64,000 bases of DNA. It comes from Eutreptiella sp. 'Long Island Sound 2002' (lineage: Eukaryota > Protista > Euglenida). Positions 12,343 through 26,336 of the stretch are shown in pieces (positions within the stretch are counted from its first letter, which is position 1; every line of letters starts with the position of its first letter). The DNA is taken from NCBI GenBank assembly GCA_964036045.1, contig OZ038378.1, positions 155,186,001 to 155,250,000 on the forward strand. Reading direction: 5' to 3'. The notes below the pieces were generated by a model. It was not told the origin of the DNA. It made no database searches and saw only the letters and a list, made by a program, of their open reading frames with translations. The position numbers and the translations under genes were made by a program.

Positions 12343-13414
12343 TTTTGACATTTGTGTTTCTTTGAAGAAAGAAAGAGAGCGGTAGATGCAGTGCTTAAAG
12401 CAAGTAAACGTTGCATTGTTTTGTTGTGGTTTCGGATTCTCAAACAATATAACTCCATGACGTGGCCCAAAATGGTCATAATGGTGCTTCATTGTGCATT
12501 TCGTTGGCGGACCATTATTTCCAATGCTTTGTGTGCATATATGAGGTGCTTAGGAAGAAAAGCAAGCGAAAGCCCTTGGATTGTCCATCTTAGATTCAAG
12601 GTTGCTGGAGGCTTCCTTCCATGTTCCGTCCAAGAGCCCATTCCATACCATACTACATTGATGCATACACCAAATTCGGCCCCAGCTTCGGTGTGATATT
12701 TCCTTGATTACCCTTGTTGCCTTGTTTGCCACGCACACATTTGATGCACGGCGGTCTCCTGCTATAACATCTGCCCTTGCCCCATTTTAGGCTAGAGCGC
12801 AGATGCTGCGAAGGAAGCCTGACGCGTTGCTACTGGCACATTGATGCACGCAGAATTCCCCAAAATGGAAAACTATCCCCAACCAGGTGTCCGCTACATG
12901 TCCCATGGTCATCGCAACCTAATGGTGCACCCTAGCAGCAGCGCTCGGAGGAGCATGGTTGCGGTTGCGGGTTCGGTAGGTGCGATGCACCCTCGTTTTT
13001 CGAGTGAAGCCACATGGCATGCACGTGCAATGGAACAATGACAACAACAGCGAAAAGCACATGTAACTGCACTTTCTCTGCACCTTGGAACATGCAACAC
13101 TGAACAAGTCATGGGTCATGTGAGGGCGTGCTGGGTGCAGGTGCTTGAGCAGTGGGGGGCGGACCTTGTGCATCAAGAGCCCTGCACAACTGAAAGCCAC
13201 CGCCAAAAGCGCAACAGCGGCGCTCGAAGCAACATTGTTCAAAACCCGCTTCTTCTCACGTGCACGCTTTGAGGTGCAGGCAGAAATGGAGAGACAGGGA
13301 GGGGTGTGGTTGCAATTCCGGGCTTCTCACCCTTACCAGGCATTGGAACAAACAGCCAACCTGCCAAAATACACAGTGACAAAACCACCGTGCCTGGCTG
13401 ACTTAAGCTACTGA

Positions 13415-14294
13415 GTGACAACTGCGATGTCATGCTCTTTTCTCACAGAGCATGAGCTCAACGCCTGGACTGTTGGATTGTCATCAGGTGTGACCATGGG
13501 ACCGATCACAGGCGATGTTGATGCCCGTGAACGATTCAAGGGGTACATTGCTGCATTCAACCGACAGGACGTTGACGGAATAAGAGACATTCTCGATCCG
13601 CAAGTACAAGTATATGTTGCGGGCCAAGCCATCGTTGGCGCGTCACGCAATGACATCATGCCATCATACATTGCGGATTTTGCTGCTGGCAAGCGCATCA
13701 AAATTGTCCATGATCCAAAGATCTTATTGGCAATCAACAACACAGATCAGCCTGAAAGACCTTGTGCCAAACAATGTGGAGGATTTCATCGTCCTAGAAG
13801 TCTGCTTGGAAAAACAAGTGCCACCTGCTGGACAGGTCACAAAAGTCATGGTGCGGTACTACTACAACTGCTGCAAGGGTGTGCAGTTCCTGCACCATGT
13901 ATACCATCCACCAAGTGCAGCAACTGTCGTGGATGAAGTTAACCAGATTAACTATCATGAACTTCACCAGCAGGAGCAGGCTCCGGAGGGCTTGCGGTTC
14001 GCTAGGCCAAAAAGATTGTGGGAGGGGCTGCTCAAGAAGCCGGAGATTCGAGAGGCACTCTGAGGCCATTATGTAGCTGAAGCGGATGCCGCCGATGTTG
14101 TGCTGGTGGAGCGCAAGGAGAGGAAGCCAAAGACAACGCAGAGGCATCCGAAGAAGGAGGTGTTGGTGGGCAGCAAGCGGGACCTGCTGCAGTGGCATGA
14201 TGAAGTGTTTGGCCGCAGACACCGCATGTTCAGCTGCAACGCGGGCACCCCCTCCAAAGCTCGCAAGACCGTGAGCCAGTCAGAGGTCATGTAA
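13415..14294 (+). pseudogene. NTF2-like/SnoaL-fold protein, disrupted (frameshift near 13745, in-frame TGA at 14061-14063, partial second repeat)
   Basis: ARERFKGYIAAFNRQDVDGIRDILDPQVQVYVAGQAIVG fits the SnoaL N-terminal pattern by eye; beta-rich continuation (FIVLEVCLE...KVMVRYYY) lies in another frame. Confidence 0.55.
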
Positions 14295-14918
14295 GGGTTG
14301 TAGGAGTGAAAGAGCGAGGGAAATGGGACATCCTCGGGGTCTCCCTCACGTCTCCGGTGCGTGCGCATGCTCTGTCGCTGCCGTGCTTGGGCTCTTGGCC
14401 TGTGGTTCTCGTTTGGTCTCTCCCTAGGGTATCCTCGGGGCCTACCTCGGGTCTCCAAGTCCCTCTCCAGGGACACATTAGAGCAAAAATCAGTAATCAT
14501 GAGCAGGTACCGCCCTCCATGTCCAACCCCCCCCCCCAAGTCCAGCGGTAGGACAGGCAGCCAGCAACTCAGAGATCGCTGGTTCAAAGCCGGGGGCGTA
14601 CCAAACCCTCGAGCGAAGCACCACGGCCCCCACGTGCATTGGCCAGGGCAGAGGTAGCCTCACGGCTTTTTCAGCACCCCATGCCTTAGGCCTTGCACAC
14701 CTCGAGACGGTGGGGCCACGGGCCGGGTGCCCGCCGAAGCCAAATCCAAAGCCAAAGCCCCCCGTGTCCAAATCCCCCCCCCTTTCCCCTCTTCCAATGC
14801 GACTGAATGGCCAAGTCGGGCGCCCAAAACATTTTTCAGCTTAATGGCGCATTGTGGCACATTTGAGCTAGGGATAGGGATAATGCTACACAAGGGTTAA
14901 AGGGGTGAACCTGGTATT

Positions 14919-16866
14919 AACAGTGACCATCCAGAGAGCACCAAGAAATAGCAGTGACCATCCAGAGGCCACCAAGAAATAATGTTGACCATCAGGGGGC
15001 ACCAAGAAATAGCAGTGACCATCCAGAGGCCACTAGGAAGTAAGAGTGATCATGCAGAGGACACCAGTAAAACACCAGTGACCATCTAGAGGCCACTAGG
15101 AAATAACAGTGACCAGCTAGAGGGCACTAGGAAATAATAGCGACCATTCAGAGGCCACCACGAAATAACAACAACCATCCAGGGGTAATAATAGGGACCA
15201 TCCAGAGGCCGCCATGAAATAGCAATCACCATCGAGAGGCCACCAGGAAATAGCAGTGACCATCTGGAGGCCACCAAGGACTAGCAGTGATGGTCAAGAG
15301 GGCACGCACAAATAAGAGTGATGATCCACAGGGCACCAGGGAATAACCGTGACCATCTAAGAGCCGCCAAGAAATAGTAGTGACCATCCGGAGGGCATCT
15401 GCAATAAGAGTGACCATTCAGAGAAATAGCGGTGACCATCCAAACGGCACAAAGAAATGATAGTGACTACCTAGAGGCCACCAAGAAATAGCAGTGACCA
15501 TCCAAGGGCCACCAAGAAATAATAGGGACCATTGAGAGGCCAACGGGAAATAGCAGTGACCATCTGGAGGGCACCACGAAATAACAGTGGGCATCCAATG
15601 GGCACCAAGAACTAAGAGTGACCATCTAGAGGCCACCAAGAAATAGCAGTCACCATCTAGAGGGCCTATGGAAATAAGAGTGACCATTCAGAGACAACCG
15701 TGAAATAACAGTGCCCATCCAGAGGGCACAAGGAAATAATGGTGACTATCGAGAAGGCCACCAGGAAATAGCAGCGACCATCTAGAGGCCACCACGAAAT
15801 GAGAGTGACCATCTAGAGGCCACCAAGAAATAGCAGTGACCATCTAGAGGGCACCAAGAAATAGCAGTGACCATCTAGAGGGCACCAGGAAATAACACCA
15901 ACCATCCAGATGGCACCAAGAAATAAGAGTTACCAACCAGAGGGCACTAGGCAATACCAGTGACCATCTAGGGGGGACAAAGAAATAATAGTGACCACCC
16001 ACAGGGCACCAAGAAATAATAGTGAACATCCAGAGGCCACAAGAAAATAGTACTGGCCATCGAGAGGCCACTAGGAAATAGTAGTGACCATCTGGAGGGC
16101 ACCGGGAGATAAGAGTGTCCAGCCAGAGGTCACTAGAAAATAGCAGTGGCCATGTGGAGGGCACTAGGAAATAAGAGTGAGCATCTAGAGGCCAGCGGAG
16201 AATAGCACTCACCATGTTGAGGCGACCAAGAAATGACAGTGACGATTAAGAGGGCACCAAAAAATTACCGTGATCATCTAGAAGGCACCAAGAAATAACA
16301 GCCATCATCTGAAGGGCACCAAGAATAATTGTGACCACCCAGAGGGCACCAAGAAAAAGCAGTGTCTATTCACAGGTCACCAAAAAATAGTAGTGACCAT
16401 CGAGAGGCCACTAGGAAATACTAGTGACAATCTAGATGCCACCATGAAACAGCAGTGACCATCTAGAGGGCACCACGAGATAAGAGTGACCAGCCAAAAG
16501 CTACCAGAAAATAGCAGTGACCACCGAGAGGGCACCAGGAAATAGCAGTGACGGTCCAGAGGCCACCAGAAAATAGCAGTGACCATGTAGAGTGCATCAG
16601 GAAATAACAGTCATGATCCAATGGACACCGGCAAATAAGATTGACCATCCAAAGGCCACCAAGAAATAGCATTGGCCTTGTAGAGGGCACCAGTAAATAA
16701 GAGTGACCGTCCATAGGCCACTAGAAACCATCAGAGACCATCTACACGGCACCAAGATATGCCAGTGACGATCAAGAGAGCAATAGAAAATAACAATGAT
16801 CATCTAGAAGGCACCAAGAGCTAACGGCGATCATCTAGAGGGCACCAAGAAATAGCAATGACCAAG
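14919..16866 (+). repeat. 31-bp minisatellite, about 63 degenerate copies, consensus GTGACCATCTAGAGGSCACCAAGAAATAGCA
   Basis: TCTAGAGG at 15781, 15812, 15843 (period 31); pattern continuous over ~1.95 kb. Confidence 0.95.
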
Positions 16867-19800
16867 TAAGCTCCATTTTCGCCCTAGAAGCTGGGTACCT
16901 GCACAAATAATCTCCCAATTAGGGTGCCAGTAGCAAATGCGGTCTAGAAACCTTGCACCTTGTGCCACTGCGGCACGGTACACTCATAGGGCACCACACA
17001 TAATATGCACGTGTGTACAAACCTGACTGAACCCCAACGTTCTTCCGCACAAGAGCCACCGTCACGCCCCAAGAAGGGGGAGCGCGGCAATTTGAGCATC
17101 TGGGTTGGAGTTCTCATGAACAACAATATTACTACAAAGGGGTGTGCAAGTACCTGCCACATCTAGCTAATTGGCCAAGTGAGCTGTGTCATGGCTGACC
17201 CAAGTACTGCGTGGATGGACCTAACATTGACTTACCATTTGAGACACAGGTGACACTCATGGATGACATTTTTTGAGACAACGCACGGAGTTTCCCTCAC
17301 TTCTTTCCGCCCGCCCACTCACAGCAAGCTCAAGATTCCCCATGGAACCACAGCATTTTGGTGCCATGGCTTTTGCCGCTGTAATTGTACAAAGACATGG
17401 TGGTGCATGTTTGAAATGTTGTATGGTATTATAGATGTGTGTATACAATATCATATATTCAACATTAGTGGTATGCACCATCAAGTAGTATGGTGTTGCT
17501 GCTTGTTGGTTGCACTTAGTGCCGCTTTGCTAGGGTGTTGTCAAATTTTTGGGAACAGTAGCAAGACTTGTTTGATTACAGAACCATTTGCCTTTGAGGA
17601 GCAGCTTGCACCTTGTTAAGCATCACACAGGTAGTGGGTGACTCGCATTGGTTGATCTTGATGCACCATGGATGGTGGTTGGCAGCCAACCGATAACAAT
17701 TGTTGACCCACTTTTTCTTAGCGTGCAGAATAGCCTCTTCGGGGTCACCTTCTTTTTCCTCTTTTTGCCTCGGCAGGCTTAACAAGCTTGCCATTGATCG
17801 TAAACCAGCAGGACTTGGTGATGAACCAATGGTAGTGGGCATTCCACTGCCTGCAGATAGTGGTTTGATGACGGTGGATAAAATCGATGACATTTGTGGC
17901 GAATTGACGGTGGCTCGTTGTTTGGTGACACTTTATGATAGCACACAGCGGCACTTTGCTGGCAACAGTGAGTAGTTATTTCAGGCAATCAAGCTTTTGT
18001 GGTTTTGTTGCAGAACCATTGTAGAGGTTTGGTTAAGGACTCCCAACATGTGGTGGATGGGGTGGGGCGGTGCAAGGGTTGGTGGCTTTGCATTGACAGG
18101 CACCAGTCGGTGGCCCATGTACCACTATCCAATTGGATGGGAGACATGACATTTGTCCCTGCAGAAAAAAAGCAAGTAGAAACCGGTCATGTGCACGCAG
18201 CGCCTGCCGTTGCACACTAACCTGCATTAGAAACGCAAGGATACATTTTTCGAAGGGGGACGTTGACGCCATTTCACCCAATGTCCAGATCGGTCATATA
18301 CCATACCAGATGCCTGTTCTCTTTGAGGTGCCTTGCCTAAGGCATTAGAATTGGCTTGGAAAAAATAAATCCCCGCCGCACCACAAAATGAAACGATGCC
18401 CCCCTAAGTCCACCCCAACAAAAACCTGAAAGGCAAATGCCTAAATGGCGGCATTTGCTGTGTACTGTTATGAGTGCATAGGACACTATAGACTAGGACC
18501 CGCCCCCCCCCCCTGCCAATTCAAGTTGCTATCCGTGAAGGGTGGCGGAACCCCTTGGCAAGGCATCCATGGAAAGCACCCTGTAATTTCTTGCCATGAC
18601 TTCATCATGGGTCCAGTACTGTGGTAAGGTTCTACACACCCCGTCCCGTTCCATGTCATCACCCCTATTCGAACATGCTTGCGGCTTTGCACCATGGAAT
18701 CCGGGGATCTAACCAACCAGCTAGCAGCCCACCAGTGCACGCATGCATACACATGCATGCCTGCTGTCTCCAATGCATGTTGTCGAGCACTCACACACAA
18801 ACACACAAACACAAACACACACACTCACTCCCTCACACTCTCCCGCACACGCCCCCTCATGCACACCGATCATCACGGCCGCATTCACCCTGCTATAACA
18901 CACACAAACCGAAACAAGCACGTAGTGATTGACTTATTCACTCACCGATGTACTTGCACCCTCAGTGATAGCACACTTGTGCCCACCTGCAGGTACAAAA
19001 TACAATGGTATGGTATGGTACACCGGATCAGGTTGTGATGAAGAAGGGGGAAAATGTGGCATGGTTACAACCAGCCGTTGCCCGGAGAGGTTTCCAGCAT
19101 TATATGGGAGTGCATGAGGTACCATTCCCGCCACCTTTGGAATGAACCCTCCAAACCGTCACACCATCGTTGTCATGGCCCCTGTGCAGAGCCCCTTGGC
19201 CACTGAACCCCATGGCGCCGAGCATCCCAAATGTTCATGTCTAGTATGGACGACGGATATGGTCCCCGTCCCGAAGCAATGCCCCATGCTGTTCTGCCAG
19301 AGAGCAACCATCCCTCAGACTACCGGCCAACTTCAGCGACCACCAAAATTCAGCAGTCCACAACTGACGTATGCATGCCGAATGTCCCACAACGCATCTC
19401 CCATATGGACATCACCGAGGAGATTGTGAAGTTGCGCGCATCAGAGCCCGTCGTTCGTAGTTACTTTTTTGCCAATTCCTGCAAAGGACTCGTCCGATAG
19501 AAGACAAGCAAACACATGACTGCATGCTGGGGAAGAACATTCAGGTAAGCTGCATTGTAGCAACCTCACACTTCCATGCGGACATTATGTGACGAGAACC
19601 GAGCCCGCCGAGCGCCCAAAATGCTCAGTTGGAGCACTTGTAGGTATCCATGGGATCTATACGCACCATGCAACCAGGTGCAACCCACTGCAATCATGCC
19701 ATTGTCATGTATCATGCCGGTTGCTATGGTGCACGTGTGCACCACTAACTACCAATACGACACACAAAGTCCCACGACAATACCCCGCAAACTGCACCGG

Positions 19801-20365
19801 TGGCTGTAGACCTCTCTATACATATGGATATGCATATGTTGTGGGACCTTGGAGCAAGGCTCCGCAAGTTGAGCAACGATGTCCATCCCTTGCCCGAGCC
19901 ATCCCTTGCAACCATCCAGGCACTCCGGTATGCGACAGTCAATGCTGGCGGCCCGCCCTTTTTTCAACGAAGGTGAAAAAGGCTGACGCAGGATTCATGG
20001 CGCATGAGCGCGCCGCTGTGGGGCTCAAGGAATTTAGGTTCCGTACAAGGGAGAAAAATATGGTTCCGGCCGCCAATATGGCTAAAATCTACACCCCTAT
20101 GTCCTACAAAAGTCATAATCCGGATAGCATCCAAGCACCAGTTTATCTGTGAAAACACACACCGGTGCATTAAGAAACAAGGACACTATCCCGGCAAGGA
20201 AGGGTCTGGTCGCGCTTTTCAACTTGCACTGCCTGATATGTCTCCCCTTGTGATCGTCAATATCCATGGGCCGTTTGGAGGCCCATTGTCCCAACCCCCT
20301 CCACTCCTTGGCCACCGTGACGGGAGGGGCCGTTCCGGGCAGGGGTGCGCGACGTGCCGTGCCGT

Positions 20366-20625
20366 GGGGGGGGGGGGGGGGGGTCGACCCAAGATCTATG
20401 GCTCAAAATGATACCCACGTCGCGCTTATAATTTTGACTACTCAAATGTGGGTGAGGGGGGGGGGGGGGGGATATTGGTGTATAAACCTTTTCGGGACAA
20501 ATTTTGTGTTCTTGCGCCTTTGGCGCCCACATCCATTCTTACAGAAAACAAAGGGCCCGACACGAAACCCCGGTTCTCCAACCCCCCCCCCTCCTTCGGC
20601 GGATGTCCATGTCCCCCCACCCCCG
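20366..20625. mobile_element. G-run/C-run bounded dispersed repeat (CTCAAAATGAT.CCCA family); second copy at ~56320-56645
   Basis: CTCAAAATGATACCCAC...ATTTTGA (20402) matches CTCAAAATGATCCCCAT...ATTTTGA (56352); TGGCGCCCACA..CCATT present in both. Confidence 0.55.
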
Positions 20626-23600
20626 CAGAGCAATTTTCAGGTCGCCTTTTGCCCCGCATTGCATTTTCTAAATACAACTTCTGTTGCTTTTGATTTGCAT
20701 GCGACCACCAGCATCTTTTTGTTTTCCCGGATGTGGAAAATGTCTATCCGTATCGACAACCGAATGGCGCTACTTGGGCATGCACCATCAATTGTGGCAA
20801 GCTATGAGCAAGCACAACCATTATGGGGTAAATCATTTTGTCCCCGGCCACTTTCTCCGCACATTCAGAGTATCATTCAACGGTGATCGGTATTCGTTTG
20901 CTCCGAACGTTATTTCTTTGTGATATGCCCACAACTTGAGGTGTCATACAACCTTGTAACAGAGCCAATAGCAATTGCCTACCACACGTGCAAACATCGC
21001 GACAGAACACAAGACCAAATTTCGCCCAAAAAAGTCCATGTAGTGCAAATAAGCCTCTTGTCCAACCATCATCAAAACAAAGTTGTTCTTTGTTCTTTGC
21101 TGCATGTCACTTACGCCATTTCCAAGCTACCATGGCATCTGTGACTCCCTGCAGTCGGCTCAGTGTCACGGACATCAGATCCCACCCAATCTACTGCGCA
21201 AGTCGATCCAAAAGAGGACAGCGGTTCCGTTCTTGAACGTCCCCATCCAAGCCACCAAGGTGAGGATCGCATTTGGAGGCCCGCGTCATTGCAGTGTTGG
21301 GGGAGTGTGGTTCTGGCCGCGTCCATGTGCCCAATTAGCCCCACTTGCCAGCCAAGTCTGCAGCAGTTGCCTCTGCAGGCGAAGCAGGCAGCTAAGAGGG
21401 TGCGCGCGGCACCATGACGGAGGACTGGCAGTACCCCCAAGACCCGTTTGGTCACACAAAGCCCACAGCATAGCATCCCCCCCCCCTCCCCGGGGCCATT
21501 TCTACCTTAGCCCCGGCCCCCGAGAGTGTGCACGATACCGTTGACGCAATGATTCCGTCGCGCGGTTGCCGAATGTCTTTCATGGATGCTTGCACTAAGG
21601 AACTGCACATGTTGGCAAGCGAATCGGCGCCCCTCTTGGACCAGGAACGTAAAAACTACAAAACAGAAGCATTCAAGATGCTGAACTGTTGCTTCTTGTG
21701 GATGGGCTTCTAGATGTTCTCAATGTTGGGCATAGCTCACATTGACTATACATGGCAATTCTCATGTTGTTGGCTGTCAATTCCCATTTTCGTTCAGTAT
21801 AGTGCGACCAGTGCACAAACAAGTTGTAACTTGCATGGGCATAATACGCTTCATTCTTTCGCAGCATAGCATTGGATACGATGCTTTCGTTGTTATTTAC
21901 CTCTCAAGCACCAAATGCCCTTTGCTACCCTATGTTTTGTACCCAAACGTTGCGCGTAAGTGCACACTTTGTGCAAAAAAGCATACTATATGTCAAGATG
22001 CAGTCAATCATCTTTGGGCATATATGGACGGTTCCCATACTATTTGATATTTCAGAACTCGAATTGCAGAGTCCGGACGGGTGCCCGTTGGCAAACCAAA
22101 TGACGCATTTTTGCAATCACTTTGTTGGTAGAAAGACGAATCTTACAAAGGACATGCGATTGTCTTCAACCTTGATGATGAGTCAGGGAAGGAGCTTATG
22201 CTCAAATTAGTGGCATAGCCCCAGGGCAGCGCATCAATGCTTGCACGCCCCTTTGGATCTGGACATGGGTGTCTTTGCGCCCCTTGTCTTGAAGGCGCTT
22301 AGAATGGTTGCGATATTGTGCATGCAAAAAAATCAACCGCACGGCTTTGTGCGAAGCCGCTAGCTACCCAATGTAAAACACTTCATGATGAATTTGTATG
22401 AGAAGGCTGCACCGTGCTCAAATGGGTGTTAGGTACCATTAAGAAGCACGCACAATTTTCCACTGCTCACAGTGGCGGGCATCCTTATGATGCACGGTTC
22501 GTGGCCGCAAGGTGTTTTTTTCTAAGGTAATTTTGCACATTTAAGACGTGTGCTGCCCTGGTATTGCGATTCCAAAGCATTGGCAAATGAATTCCATTCG
22601 GGTGCTATGTTCACACTTGTGTGGTCACTCATGGTTGTATGTAAGCTTTCCTATGTTGTAAACGCGGATCTTGCACAACTTCTGGTGCCGTCGCAAAGTG
22701 ACTCATCCGCCATCCTCATGAAAAACAGAGGAGCGGAAAAAAGCCATGTGCATTCCCGCCGGGCCGCGGCTACCCTCCACTTGCGTTCTGTTGGTGGCCG
22801 ATTTTAGCAGGTAATGTGAGTGGACGACTCGACGGCTGATTCCGACACGATCGGCGCAAAGCACATGCTTCACTACCGCTTGGGACGCGGATTCGAGCTA
22901 AAAAAAAATAGTGGCGCAAACTCCCTGCCCCCACAATATCCTCCTTGCAAACGTCCAAGAGCTACGCAATTGGACCACTGACCGTCACAAAAAGTTGGAA
23001 CGTTTGGGCCACCCTAAAGATCCATCCACGTGCCCCCCGCCCCCCCCCCCCCCCCAAACAGTCGCGTCTCGATAAAGTGCTAGCACACTCCCGTGCTTGC
23101 CTGCCTGCCCTCTTCCTACATGGACTAAATCACCAAAGTCATCTACGACATGTCTGCTGCCCACTTGCGCTGCAGTAAACGCACAAATTTACCTACGGAT
23201 ACGCACAAAAGCCTCCCATGACAGCAACGGTGCAGTGCAGTTTTGTGCCCGCATTCCGTCTCCAGTCACGCGTGTAGTAATAACATCTTATTCGGAACTA
23301 CATCCGAGGACACAAAAAGGCAAAAAGTCAACAATCTCAACACTACAGCGGAGGAGGACGGCATTCACATCAGCACAGTCCAATTGGACTTGCATGCATA
23401 CTTTGAAGCACCGCATGTCACATACTTCTAGGCCAAGGGCCAATGCACGTCAATACTAGACTCCCTAGCCTAGCCACGAAACCATTATAAATACTTGGGT
23501 GTCTAGGTAACTGGGCCACTAACTTGCTCGTTGGTGTGTGTCCCCTGGGCCTAGATATTTCGAAAACAGTATATCTGAACGTCACTGCCGCGAGTAGCAA

Positions 23601-26167
23601 TCCCTTCATCACGTGACATGAAGGACCCACAACCTCAACCTACAATGCCGTTGCCCATATACATTCATCCGAAGGTGTGCTTCCGGGCGCCAAGATCCGG
23701 TTTCTAAAGATCTCTACAAAGATCAAGGATCCAATGCAGCTGCAAGATTTGCTTGACGAGTCTTTCTTTGTGGACGGCATTGCGATGATGCACAGAAATG
23801 GCCGGGTCCTATCGATGCTTGGCAAAGTCTCTAGTGCTTGATTACCGTTGAGCGCCTACAATGCGAGCAAGTGTTTGCAAAACCCCCTGAAAGAAACAAC
23901 GCAATTGCACTCGGGTCTGAATCATAGGCACGTTCCACTTCCAATAGAGTAGCATGTGCCTTGTACATGGCCATGTTGTACTTGTTGTATGTCAACAGGC
24001 CTGATGGGAGTTGGATGCCTCTACTTTTAGACTTTGTATGTTGGACTTAGAATCTGCAAGGCGGGATAGCTCCGCGTGCCCAACATTTTGATGCTACTAA
24101 ATCCCATGTTTTTGCATTGTGGCGGCATGTTGCTTTCCGAAAGGCCATGGACTTTTTACATGCACATCACCCCCCCCCCCCCGGGACAAGTGCATCTAGC
24201 CGTTGTCTTGCACTTGGCATGAGGGCGCACCCCTTACCTTGTTCCTGCCATTGAAATGGTGCAATGGCTTAGTCCTGCCTCCAAGGATACATCATTATGC
24301 CGGTCGAGCCCACATTCGTGACATCTACTCGAGCTCCCATTGCAATCCCATTGCATTGCGCCAAACCATGCATCTGTGCGAAGGAACGCCGGTGATTGGG
24401 TGTGGCATAGAGCGATCGAAACACATACTTGAGAAAGTGCAAGTGGTGGTAAAGATGGAGGGAGAAATTCAATTCCAAGGCGCTTCCCATTGCATGAAGG
24501 ACGACAATAGCAAGGGTGACTGGTGTACAAACACCTCCAATGAACATGACGAAAAAATCAAAACAAAAAAGAAGGGTCGATATACTGGCAACTAGTAATT
24601 GGCTTGAAGCAACCATGTACACCATGACGTAGCATGTGACGACACGCACTGCAAGCGCAAGCCCCTCATTATTGGGAGACCTTTAACGAAACCCGTTGCA
24701 TGCAACATACAACATCACGAAACCCCCTCAAGCGGATAACCGTGCAATGGGGTGTCAGCAAAGGGTCGCTATCTATCATTGACGGTACCCCTCGGGAACT
24801 ACTTTCATACACAAGATATCGATTCGGATACTCTGCTTGGCCTAACTTTACATGGCATTCCACATGTGCGTGTGCCCCCCTCCCCCATGTGTTCCTACGT
24901 GCTCACCACTGACAGTAAACTTCTATCAAGGATCACATTCATCAATACACATAGGACTAGCCTTAGAAGTCAATGCAGCCCAATGATTGGTGACCTTGTG
25001 TCCTAATGGGCCCTATGTGCTTGACCCACACGATGAACATTCTGTAGATTTTCTGCACAAGCTAGCTACACTGTCCCACCTTTGGGCCGCCACTATCTAC
25101 CTGCGTTTTGTCGCCCATCCCTTTGTTTGACACATTGCGCTTAGCACAACAACTGCGCTTTCCGACCTCCACCTCCTTATCACATGGGGCTGCACGGCTG
25201 CTATCCACGCCATCTTGCGTTCATTTTCAACTGCCCCAATGTTTAAAGATGGGTCTTTCACACCCGCCGATTTGGTGATTGCGGGCACATCCGCCATTTT
25301 CGCCGCCCGCTACCATGCATTGGCATCCCGAGCTAACGATACTGTATGTGCGCCGATTTGGTACGTTCGCGGTTCCTACACAATGTCTCACATATATTCG
25401 CTCCATCCCCTCCCTTCCACAAAGCCCAAAATGGCATCCGAAACACCAAAGTAGATGATTTTTTTGTGATCATGAAAGAGTGGTAAAGTGCATCATCCCT
25501 GTTTTGGCCATTCTCTCCCCACCAAGGCGGACTGATTCGGGTTTCGGTGACCCTGCTATCAGCCATGTGGGAACGCTTCCACTCCACCAAGGCCGACATT
25601 TTCCTCCTGTGGCAACACGCCCACATAGGAGACTAAGGCAACGAGGTGGCGGGTGCCCCATGTGAAGTCCACGGCACCCGAGGCCTTTCTTGCCCTGCCC
25701 CCTTTCGCACCTGCGCCATACCCTATCTTGGGTTGCCTATTGCAGGTCCACAATATTCCACTCTTTGCGGCAACATTTATTGAACACTAGGCCAGTGGAC
25801 ATCATGGTTGCACTTGTGACTGTGGAGGGCACTCCACCCTCCATGCATATGCCCTGCACACTTGATGCCAGCTGTATTCGGTCAAGTTGCCGTTCCCCTC
25901 AATATACCACCATTGATTGTTTCATCTACCCACACTTGCGGTGCACGCAAGGATCGCGTATCACACCAAGGACGTGCCCCGGCAATGCTAGTCATTCTCA
26001 ATGCACTGCATGAATCACCTCTAACCTCTTACCCTCCATCGCGGCCACCCTCATAAATTGGAGAGCACTGTGACCACACCACTACCGCCAAGGCTCTAGA
26101 CTTGTATACTTGTGCCTCACGGTGGCCTCATCTGTGGTTTTTACTGTAACAGTCTATGAACAACTAT

Positions 26168-26336
26168 AGGGTACTTCGGGATGCTCCGGGGAAGTCCGGT
26201 GTACTGCAGAGTATTGCCAGGTAATCCCCGGTACTTCTGGGTACTTGTGGGTACTTGTGGATACTTCTAAGCACTCATCGGTACTCAAGGGTACTTGGGG
26301 ATAATTCGGGTAACTTAGGGGCACTCTAGGGTATCG
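26168..26336 (+). repeat. Degenerate 10-bp minisatellite (GGGTACTTST-like)
   Basis: ggtacttct gggtacttgt gggtacttgt ggatacttct and similar units at ~10-bp period. Confidence 0.75.

Noticed and set aside
22211-22300. HQCLHAPLDLDMGVFAPL resembling the pogo/DDE_1 QPLDVGVF motif
   Set aside because: Isolated and imperfect; no other catalytic motifs in frame
23381-23505. RT-like words QLDLHAYFEAPH and NHYKYLGV on the plus strand
   Set aside because: Only ~25 codons apart (roughly 200 expected), separated by stops, and no YxDD motif; cannot support a LINE call
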